Shown here in pieces: positions 45,907-53,159 of a stretch of 53,159 nt of DNA (its first letter is position 1; each line of letters begins with the position of its first letter). The notes under the pieces are model-generated. The model saw only the letters and a list, made by a program, of their open reading frames with translations. It had not been told where the DNA came from and ran no database searches. Location of the stretch: positions 1-53,159 of IMG/VR virus record IMGVR_UViG_3300024344_000019; one strand, given 5' to 3'. The stretch comes from a virus. Lineage: Duplodnaviria; Caudoviricetes. Both the position numbers and the translations under genes were made by a program.

Positions 45907-46969
45907 CCGTATCTTGTGCCTCAATGTACATTTCTTTAATCATAACTTTTAATTTATCTTTATCTAAATCAACTGGCAACTGGTCAACATAATTATTAAC
46001 TAGTGTAATAGTATCTTCGGATCCTTCTACCACATCATCACTTACATTCGTATGACTAAGGTCAGAATAATCTTCTATTATTTTTAATTCGTTTACACTT
46101 ATTTTGTTATAAAGCTTATCAAGCAATCTATCAAACATCTGATTGTCTTTTTTGTTGACAACAACTAACTTAACAAATTTTTGATTGTAGTCTGTTATAT
46201 CAAGTTTATCGTAATCTGTTTTGGTATCATCATACATAAGTTTCTTAAATATTGTATATGGATTTTTTATAAACTCTACTTCTCTTGTTTCGGTATCAAA
46301 TACATGAAACCCTTTTTGATTGTTATAATCTGACCAAGTCATTTCATATTGACTACCTAGATAAAATACTTGACCATCATCATTCTTGTGGTGAAAGTGA
46401 CCACTATATGTTTTTTCAAATCGTGATACAATACTCTTGTCGTGGCCATGTGTTTGAACCATAGTGTCCATCATTCTAAATCCGTTCAAATCAAAATGAC
46501 CCATGCATACATCAGCGTTTGCTGTGTTTAACATTTCCATACAATATGCTTCGTTTTCAGGATTAATCCAAGGCATCATCAAAATATTTAAACCATCAAA
46601 ATCTACAACTTTTGGATCCTCGTAAATAAATGGCTCATTAACACCATCAGGCGCTGTGCATAATTCTTGAACAGCATTTACTTTGTTTGTGTTTCTATAA
46701 TAGATATCATGATTACCTATAATGATATGAGTATCAATTTTGTCTTGCCATAATCTATTCATAAACTTGTTTCTAAAGTTATGAGCAATTCTATAATTAA
46801 TAAACTTTCGTCTATCAACAATATCACCTAAATGAACAAGTGTTTTTATGTTGTGCTCTTTTAGGTAAGGAAAGAATATATTATCATAGAACTTATAAAA
46901 GTATTCGTCAAATATATTACTATCGTTACGAGCACCAAAATGGGTGTCGTTTAACAATGCTATTTTCAT
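45890..46969 (-). CDS. 47: Recombination endonuclease nuclease subunit (gp47, SbcD/Mre11-like)
   Basis: DTHFG, HLGD, GNHD, SGHFH. Confidence 0.96.
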   Translation of the reverse strand: MKIALLNDTHFGARNDSNIFDEYFYKFYDNIFFPYLKEHNIKTLVHLGDIVDRRKFINYRIAHNFRNKFMNRLWQDKIDTHIIIGNHDIYYRNTNKVNAVQELCTAPDGVNEPFIYEDPKVVDFDGLNILMMPWINPENEAYCMEMLNTANADVCMGHFDLNGFRMMDTMVQTHGHDKSIVSRFEKTYSGHFHHKNDDGQVFYLGSQYEMTWSDYNNQKGFHVFDTETREVEFIKNPYTIFKKLMYDDTKTDYDKLDITDYNQKFVKLVVVNKKDNQMFDRLLDKLYNKISVNELKIIEDYSDLSHTNVSDDVVEGSEDTITLVNNYVDQLPVDLDKDKLKVMIKEMYIEAQDTDVATE

Positions 46970-46970
46970 A

Positions 46971-47456
46971 TTATTTTTTAGTCGGTTCTTCTTTTAAATT
47001 CTTTTGTAGATAATCTAACATTTGACTTTGGTATACAGCGTCATCGCCTTTTAATTGATCCATCATGTTTTCTACACCTGCATTAGCAATTAACTTAGAT
47101 TTTATTTGTATTTGTTTTTTCTCTTTCTGTATTCTTCTAATAAATGCGTAATATATTATTTGTGTAAAATATGCAAATGGATTTTTACTTTTCTCTGGAT
47201 TAAAATTATCCATATATTGTAAACAATTCTCAATACCATCGCTAATCATGTCGTCTCTAAAAGTATAATTAATAAAGTTTGGTCTATAAGATAAATGATT
47301 GGCAATCTTTAAAAAACATTCACCAATATAGTTTGTTACCATTGGTCGTTTTTTACCTTTTTCTTCTGCCGTTTTAACTTTAAGTCTAAACTCAGTCATC
47401 GCTTCAAGAAACTTTTTGTTATCAACGTAATGTGGTTTTTCTTTTGCTTTTTTCAT
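46971..47456 (-). CDS. 55: Late transcription sigma factor (gp55)
   Basis: HYVDNKKF, YIGECFLKIA, NFINYT, NPFAYFTQIIYYAFIRRI. Confidence 0.95.
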   Translation of the reverse strand: MKKAKEKPHYVDNKKFLEAMTEFRLKVKTAEEKGKKRPMVTNYIGECFLKIANHLSYRPNFINYTFRDDMISDGIENCLQYMDNFNPEKSKNPFAYFTQIIYYAFIRRIQKEKKQIQIKSKLIANAGVENMMDQLKGDDAVYQSQMLDYLQKNLKEEPTKK

Positions 47457-47462
47457 AAATTT

Positions 47463-47491
47463 ATTATACTATATTTTGTAGGTAAACACAA
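47463..47491 (-). promoter_or_regulatory. sigma70-type promoter for gp55
   Basis: TTGTGT-17-TATAAT, 6 nt before ATG. Confidence 0.6.
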
Positions 47492-47548
47492 GCCTTTATA
47501 CAACTTTTTTTGGTTTAAATTATTTTTTAATTATTCCTTGATATGTGC

Positions 47549-47576
47549 TTGACATATTTAGGATTGCGTGTATAAT
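47549..47576 (+). promoter_or_regulatory. Plus-strand (antisense) sigma70-type promoter
   Basis: GCTTGACA-16-TATAAT. Confidence 0.55.
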
Positions 47577-47608
47577 CGACTATGTAGTCGCCAGGGGATG
47601 AGCTATAG

Positions 47609-48058
47609 CTAGTGTATAGTTTTGGTAGTCTCATCATATAAAAGACTTTCTTCTTCTTCCTTTTGTCTCATCTCATCATCTAGCTGTTCAGCAATTTCCA
47701 TTATCTTATTAATTTCTTTTGTTGAGTATTCCGTTTTAACTTTTGATTGTTGTAATTTTGATAGAATAACATCATAATAATTAGCTAATTCTTTTGCAGC
47801 TCTTGACACTACCATTACTTTGTCTTTTGGTATTACAAACATTTTATCCTCTGTAAAAGGTATCCAAGGTGCCAAAGTAGAATCATCTTTTAATCCAAAC
47901 TCGGTCATTCTTGGTGTTGTAATTAGTTGTAAAGGATTTTGTATTCTTAAAAACTCTTTATCTAAAGAGATACTTCCAACCAATGTACAACCGTCTAATA
48001 ACTTAACGATTCGATAGTCTGTTAAGTCGTTCGGTGCTTTGTTTATTAATTTATCCAT
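47609..48058 (-). CDS. Conserved hypothetical protein (Sm-like beta pattern)
   Basis: IVKLLDG..LVG, NPLQL, LAPWIPFT; usual position between uvsW and 55; GATAAATA at 48064-48071. Confidence 0.65.
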   Translation of the reverse strand: MDKLINKAPNDLTDYRIVKLLDGCTLVGSISLDKEFLRIQNPLQLITTPRMTEFGLKDDSTLAPWIPFTEDKMFVIPKDKVMVVSRAAKELANYYDVILSKLQQSKVKTEYSTKEINKIMEIAEQLDDEMRQKEEEESLLYDETTKTIH

Positions 48059-48070
48059 ATAACTATTTAT

Positions 48071-49549
48071 CTATTCTTTTAACTCAATATTGTGCATTTC
48101 GTAATCAAATTCTTCTTCGGTATAAATGTTTATTCTTTCTTGAAAATGTTTTAATGTAAAGTTTTCTTTTGATTTATAAGTTAAATCATCTGCTATATCA
48201 TACAAAGTAGCATTAACCTTATTGTCACCTAATCTTAAACCACGACCTATACTTTGTAAATTTCTTATTCTACTCTTTGAAGGACTTGCAAAAATAATAT
48301 TGTGTAAGTTTTTAATATTAACACCAGTAGAAAATGTACCATAACTTGCAACAATAATAGCATTCTTTTCTTTTTCTACTATGCCTCTAATTGCTTCTCT
48401 TTCATCTGCTTCGACACCACCAAAAATATAAAAAACTTTTCGATTTTTACCAGCCTTCTCTTTTATTATTTCATGTAAATTTTTACCATGTTTTTCTACT
48501 AGTTGAAATAATACTAAAGTATTACCTTTTAATTTAAGTGCTAAGTTTTTAATAAAATTTTGTCTTGATTTGCTACTTACTAGATAATCTATCTCATCTT
48601 GATATTTACCATTTACAACCATCTTACTATTTTCTGCTGTATGTTTTAAGATTAAACAACGAACCACTAAATTAGATAGTTGTTTTTTATCCATAAGTTT
48701 TCTTGTAGATGTAACTTTATTTACAGCACCAAATAATCCCTCTAATACTAGTTTGTGAGTTTGAGCACCATCAAGTGTACCAGTAAGACCAATACGATAT
48801 TTACAATCTTCAAGTTTTGTCATAATCTCTGTAAGTGATTTAGATTTAAATAAGTGTGCTTCATCACCAAATACAACACCAAACTGTTCAAAATATTTTT
48901 TCGGCAACTTGTATAAACTTTGCCATGTAGATATTAGTACTTTTTTAGTTGTTTGATTTGAATATCCACTATACAATCTATGACAATTTTTCTTTACATT
49001 CCAACCATACGATTCGAAGTCTGAATACATCTGCTCAACCAACGAGGTTGTCGGTACAATCAATAATATTCGATTGTTAGGGTTATCTTTAATTAAGTGA
49101 GAATAATATCGTATTAACGAATATATGATGAATGACTTACCTGACGCTGTAGGACTTAGTAGCAACGCCCTATTGAACTTTAAACTATGATATATGGCGT
49201 CTATCTGATAGTCTCTTGCCTCAAATTTTTGACCTAGACTATTAGAAAACTTTTTAACTATTTCTTTATCTACACTATTATTAATCTCAACATCTTTGCC
49301 TGCAACAATCTGATATCCTCGTTCTTCAGCAAAGGCTCTAATGTAGGGAAATAGTCCAAAGTAAATTTCTTTTGTTTTTTGAGAGTATAATCTTATCTTA
49401 CCATCCCACATACGATTACGGAATGCTGGCATAAACTTATATCCAGGAACATAAAATGTAAAGAACTCTGATATTTCTCGTTGAATGTTTTGGTCACAAT
49501 CAACGGTTATATAGACTTCGTTTTTCTTTTCAATGATTAAAGTATCCAT
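48071..49549 (-). CDS. uvsW: SF2 DNA helicase UvsW
   Basis: WDGKIRL, SPTASGKS, DEAH, GLTGT, QSIGRGLR. Confidence 0.96.
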   Translation of the reverse strand: MDTLIIEKKNEVYITVDCDQNIQREISEFFTFYVPGYKFMPAFRNRMWDGKIRLYSQKTKEIYFGLFPYIRAFAEERGYQIVAGKDVEINNSVDKEIVKKFSNSLGQKFEARDYQIDAIYHSLKFNRALLLSPTASGKSFIIYSLIRYYSHLIKDNPNNRILLIVPTTSLVEQMYSDFESYGWNVKKNCHRLYSGYSNQTTKKVLISTWQSLYKLPKKYFEQFGVVFGDEAHLFKSKSLTEIMTKLEDCKYRIGLTGTLDGAQTHKLVLEGLFGAVNKVTSTRKLMDKKQLSNLVVRCLILKHTAENSKMVVNGKYQDEIDYLVSSKSRQNFIKNLALKLKGNTLVLFQLVEKHGKNLHEIIKEKAGKNRKVFYIFGGVEADEREAIRGIVEKEKNAIIVASYGTFSTGVNIKNLHNIIFASPSKSRIRNLQSIGRGLRLGDNKVNATLYDIADDLTYKSKENFTLKHFQERINIYTEEEFDYEMHNIELKE

Positions 49550-50100
49550 GTCATTATGCTATATCTGTTACCACTTATTACTTCTTTAACCTCATGAGGA
49601 AACATAAAGTTTGATGGAAAGACAACTGCTGAACCTTTTTTCTTTTCTAAAGATTCACCGCATAACATAAATTCACCACCCTCGTAATCATCATTTAAAA
49701 ATATTAATGATGTTAAATGAGGATAACCTGTTTTTTGTCCATGACTATGATGAATATTATCTATATGTTCTTTCATAAAACCGCCAGTTTCATAGCAGTT
49801 AATTCTAAAGTGTGTGTATTCTTGTATTTTAATTTTATCGTGTATTGATGTATAATCGTTTACGGCTGATTGAAATCCTTGATGTATAGTTTTATAACCA
49901 AACATATCAGGCATTATCCAAAACTCTTTCATATCAACTTTAGATGTACCTGTTACATTACTTGTTGTAGAAAAGGTAGAAGTTTTCCACTTTTTAAATG
50001 TGTCTTTATTATAATGTGCAACTATATTATCACAAGCAGTTTCTCCTAGTGCTTGAGGATAATAAAAGATATAATCAGAAACTTGCTGATTGGAACTCAT
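49537..50100 (-). CDS. 2OG-Fe(II) oxygenase (prolyl-hydroxylase-like)
   Basis: EHID, FLNDDYEGGEF, FPSNFMFPHEV, RYS. Confidence 0.88.
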   Translation of the reverse strand: MSSNQQVSDYIFYYPQALGETACDNIVAHYNKDTFKKWKTSTFSTTSNVTGTSKVDMKEFWIMPDMFGYKTIHQGFQSAVNDYTSIHDKIKIQEYTHFRINCYETGGFMKEHIDNIHHSHGQKTGYPHLTSLIFLNDDYEGGEFMLCGESLEKKKGSAVVFPSNFMFPHEVKEVISGNRYSIMTWIL

Positions 50101-50698
50101 GATGTTCACCTACCTGTCCTTTCACTTGCATATTCCAAGCAATACTTATGCGTTTATTATTAGACTTATTTTGTTGAACCCAATGTGGCAACCATGCAGG
50201 AAAAAATATTGCTCTATTTGATGTTGAAGCATAACTTAATAAACTAGAATTTAAAGTATTCTTTTCTTTTTTTCTAGGTACTATAACATCAGCTGCAGGT
50301 CGTGGGTCATGAAAAACTATACTTGCACCTTTATCAGATTGCAAATAATAAGTGCCACTTAAAAAATTATTTGAATGTGTATGAACAGGATGATGTTCAT
50401 TATACTTTAATACATTTGCCCACATATCAGTAATAATTAAATCTTCTACATCATAACCTAGTGTATTACAAATATCTTTACCAGTCTTTACAATCAAATC
50501 TGAAAAATACTTAAATTCTTTTTTTGTTTGTAAGTTTGCTGATTTTGTTTGCCAATTATCATCATAGTCTCTTTCTGACCATAAATCACTAATATATTTT
50601 TTCATATTAAGTACCGTTGATACCTCTGTTGCTGTTATTTGTGGTATAAAATTATCTAATAAGAATATATTAGTTGCGAATATTTTTTGATGTTCCAT
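50075..50698 (-). CDS. TIGR02466-like 2OG-Fe(II) oxygenase
   Basis: MWAN, HTHSNNFLSGTYY, FHDPRP, FFPAWLPHWV, RISIAWN. Confidence 0.85.
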   Translation of the reverse strand: MEHQKIFATNIFLLDNFIPQITATEVSTVLNMKKYISDLWSERDYDDNWQTKSANLQTKKEFKYFSDLIVKTGKDICNTLGYDVEDLIITDMWANVLKYNEHHPVHTHSNNFLSGTYYLQSDKGASIVFHDPRPAADVIVPRKKEKNTLNSSLLSYASTSNRAIFFPAWLPHWVQQNKSNNKRISIAWNMQVKGQVGEHHEFQSASF

Positions 50699-50876
50699 AA
50701 GTCTCCAAGTTTCTTTTTATACTTCTTTTATATAAAACATTCATAATATAATACAATGGATAAATTAAAGGAACACGATAACAATGTTTTCCTCTTACAA
50801 TTAACATATGCCATATCCAACTTCCTTCAATATGACCAAACCCAACGCAGCCTAAAAAACTTCTAGATTGCTCCAC
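50670..50876 (-). CDS. Small hypothetical protein
   Basis: Fills the gap with short overlaps to both neighbours. Confidence 0.5.
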   Translation of the reverse strand: MEQSRSFLGCVGFGHIEGSWIWHMLIVRGKHCYRVPLIYPLYYIMNVLYKRSIKRNLETYGTSKNIRN

Positions 50877-51291
50877 TTGTAAACTTCTTCCACTCTATTG
50901 CATTTTTAATTAAAAATGTCCTGTTGTTAATACTTCTTAAAACCTGTTCAAGATAAGTTGTAACTTGTTTTAGATATGCAGCTTTCTGGTCTGCTTTTTG
51001 TAATTCTTCATCTGAATCCATATAGATATGTACATCTGCTTTTAATACTTTTAAATCAAATGGTTTTTCTGCATACACCGATGGGTCTGATTTACCTGTA
51101 TAATATTCCCATTTGTGTCTTTTTAAAAGGTTGTAATCGTATTCAGCCTTCTTTAGTAGTAAAGAAAACTTATTAAAATGTTGTAGGTACTTATTGTGTA
51201 ATAAAGGTATTTTAATTGATTCAGCGTCTAACTCGGTATCATCAAGTTTAAAATCTTTATCTACTTGTTGTTGTAATTCTTCTAATGTCAT
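50863..51291 (-). CDS. uvsY: Recombination mediator UvsY
   Basis: IPLLHNKYL, KWEYYTGK, IKNAIEWKKF; start revised to MTLEEL behind TTGACA-17-TATAAT (51327-51299). Confidence 0.92.
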   Translation of the reverse strand: MTLEELQQQVDKDFKLDDTELDAESIKIPLLHNKYLQHFNKFSLLLKKAEYDYNLLKRHKWEYYTGKSDPSVYAEKPFDLKVLKADVHIYMDSDEELQKADQKAAYLKQVTTYLEQVLRSINNRTFLIKNAIEWKKFTSGAI

Positions 51292-51304
51292 AGTCTGTAT
51301 TATA

Positions 51305-52093
51305 TCACCTTTTGGTAGTTTTGTCAAGGCTTTCAACCAATTCTTTTTGTGCAATATAGGTAAGATTATTGCAATCTTTCCATTCTTCTATCTCACAATC
51401 TATTGCTGATGTACCAATAGCATTTGGATTTACCTTGTAAAATTTTGTACTTTTAAACCTATTAAATGTATTCTTATGTTGCAATATCCAGTTAAAAGTC
51501 TCATCTGGATTATCAGGTCTAGCATAATCAGCATTTTTATCAGCATAACTATTTGTTCCAGCATAGATATTGTTTATTTTATTATCTAAACTATACAAGT
51601 CATGACCAATAATGTAAACTTCTTTTGCACCTAATTCACAAGCAAGATAGATACTTCTTGAACCTGTTGCATAGGCAAAACCATCTACATCTGGTTCTAT
51701 ATCTTTTACTTTATCGGAATGTGATACTCCAGTAATATAAGTTATACCTAAATTGTGTCCTTTTGTAAGTGTAAACACTCCGTCAGCACCATGATATACT
51801 ACTTGCTCACTATTATTCCAAACTATATCAGTTTTATCTGCCATAGTTTTCATCATTTCTTTTGCAACAAATATTGGCACAGGCGTCCAGTACCCTAGAT
51901 AACAAGTATGTTTATGTGCATATCCTGAACGATATATCTCATGACCTATTCTTGAGTCTAATGCTACAACAATATCAGGTGTAAAATCACGATAGATTGC
52001 ATTACACCCTATTACTGTTCCGTGTTTTTTAAAATTGTCTAGATTTAGACCTTTACGAGAATTACCATTACCAAAGCAAAACGCTGTCGTCAT
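51305..52093 (-). CDS. Sialyltransferase/Maf-like (Rossmann glycosyltransferase-like) hypothetical protein
   Basis: FCFGNGNSRK, IGCNAIYRD..PD, ATG..SIYLA...EVYIIGHD. Confidence 0.55.
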   Translation of the reverse strand: MTTAFCFGNGNSRKGLNLDNFKKHGTVIGCNAIYRDFTPDIVVALDSRIGHEIYRSGYAHKHTCYLGYWTPVPIFVAKEMMKTMADKTDIVWNNSEQVVYHGADGVFTLTKGHNLGITYITGVSHSDKVKDIEPDVDGFAYATGSRSIYLACELGAKEVYIIGHDLYSLDNKINNIYAGTNSYADKNADYARPDNPDETFNWILQHKNTFNRFKSTKFYKVNPNAIGTSAIDCEIEEWKDCNNLTYIAQKELVESLDKTTKR

Positions 52094-52118
52094 TATATAT
52101 CATCCTATATTATTACTA

Positions 52119-52718
52119 CTATGTAGTAGATATCTGTATTATATCATAATTCATATAATTAAAACTAACCGAAGCACGTAGATAATCAACATCGGTTTGT
52201 GTTACATCATAATTTAAACTACCCAAAGATGTGGGATAGACATTTTGAAATCTTATTTCTGTTTTAGCAATATTCTTACTATTTAAAACTGTTAGTATTG
52301 CGTCTGAATATATACCACCTTCAGAAAGTGGTGCTGGTGTTTGAACACCAGGCACAGTTGGGCCTGCAGTTGAACCAGGAAATCTATCTGAACCTGCTGT
52401 TTGTAAATCAGCAAATTGTTGATGATTACTCGGGAACCCTAAGCCAAGTATCCAATCATGTATCTCTTTATAGTTGTTTAAATTTTCATCAACAAGAAAT
52501 GACATATCAAGAGCCGCAAAAGTTATTTTATCTCCAGGCAAAGGCATATCATACAATGGAGTATTTTGTTGTGCTGAACCTAGATTGATACCTGGTATGT
52601 TAGCACTTTGTACAAAGAACTCTACTGTTGGAAGTTTAGTACACTTGAACCTAAACTGAATAGGACTAGCATAATCACTTTTAGAAGGTTCTCTTTGAAT
52701 TACATTTGTTGTTGTCAT
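52119..52718 (-). CDS. 3: Tail tube terminator / tail completion protein (gp3-like)
   Basis: VEFFVQSANIPGI, PGDKITF, FLVDENLNNYKEIHDW, FQNVYPTSLG; late promoter TATAAATA 52731-52724. Confidence 0.85.
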   Translation of the reverse strand: MTTTNVIQREPSKSDYASPIQFRFKCTKLPTVEFFVQSANIPGINLGSAQQNTPLYDMPLPGDKITFAALDMSFLVDENLNNYKEIHDWILGLGFPSNHQQFADLQTAGSDRFPGSTAGPTVPGVQTPAPLSEGGIYSDAILTVLNSKNIAKTEIRFQNVYPTSLGSLNYDVTQTDVDYLRASVSFNYMNYDIIQISTT

Positions 52719-52826
52719 ACTACTATTTATAACAGTTTTTAGGGGGTACTATCATATCACCGTGTTCTCTTTTCCGTCTCAGGCGGCGGCTATGACAATC
52801 TTTTTTTGAGGGTTTTGATAGAATAC

Positions 52827-52854
52827 AAAAAAAAGGGCGCCGAAGCGCCCTTTT
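52827..52854 (-). terminator. Strong intrinsic terminator after major capsid gene
   Basis: GGGCGC-TTCG-GCGCCC followed by T8. Confidence 0.9.
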
Positions 52855-52878
52855 CTAAAACATTTACTTAAAGTAAAA

Positions 52879-53159
52879 TTACATAATGTTTGTAACTTTA
52901 ACTCGTCTGTAATATAAGTTTTGACTAGCAGCTGCAACAGCACCAGAGTTATCTAGTGCGCCATCAGCGCCAGAATGTGCGAAAGGATTTTGAACCATTC
53001 CGTATCTAGTTTTGAATCCAATTTTTGGTTGGAAACTGTCTTGACCAACTGCACGAACCATTTGTAGTGGAACGTATGGGCAATAGAACAGACCAGAATC
53101 GTAAGGTGAAGTTCCTTTGTAACCAATTACATAGTACTGACTAGCAGAAATATTAGCTG
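52879..53159 (-). CDS. 23: Major capsid protein gp23, C-terminal part (partial)
   Basis: YYVIGYKGTSPYDSGLFYCPYVPLQMVRAVGQDSFQPKIGFKTRYG...NLYYRRVKV. Confidence 0.97.
   Translation of the reverse strand, partial: ANISASQYYVIGYKGTSPYDSGLFYCPYVPLQMVRAVGQDSFQPKIGFKTRYGMVQNPFAHSGADGALDNSGAVAAASQNLYYRRVKVTNIM

Noticed and set aside
1669-52659. All plus-strand ORFs in the track (e.g. 40645-41238, 23486-23890, 45458-45805)
   Set aside because: Each is antisense to a well-supported minus-strand gene and has the Ser/Phe/Leu/Ile-rich composition of a reverse-complement shadow

Overview
A 53 kb, AT-rich (roughly 30% GC by eye) segment of a T4-like marine myophage genome. Every credible gene is on the minus strand. 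In transcription order (right to left) it holds: the end of the major capsid gene (gp23), gp3, uvsY, uvsW, gp55, gp47/gp46 interrupted by an MT-A70 methylase plus nuclease pair, 2OG-Fe(II) oxygenases, peptide deformylase, GNAT and methyltransferase genes, a VWA/MoxR (CobT/CobS-like) module, ribosomal protein bS21, Hsp20, gp45/44/62, regA, a RimK-protease fusion, gp43, a second methylase, uvsX, gp40-like, gp41, a long block of probable head-internal proteins, a lysis-like cassette (lipase, small membrane proteins, spanins), primase gp61 and the 5' part of nrdA. Low GC, bS21, deformylase and GTTC-N7-GTTC boxes point to an alphaproteobacterial, possibly SAR11-like, host (inference). The most notable signals are: (1) a ~220 nt late-promoter-driven structured ncRNA candidate with an H-type pseudoknot; (2) about ten proteins, including nucleotidyltransferases, a ligase-fold protein and a RimK fusion, that start with T4 capsid-targeting-like N-termini, suggesting an injected enzyme payload; (3) a DNA methylase ending in the same sliding-clamp motif as the polymerase; (4) early promoters with upstream alphaproteobacterial LexA boxes; (5) pervasive leaderless transcription units. 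All family assignments come from motif recognition by eye; no database searches were run.
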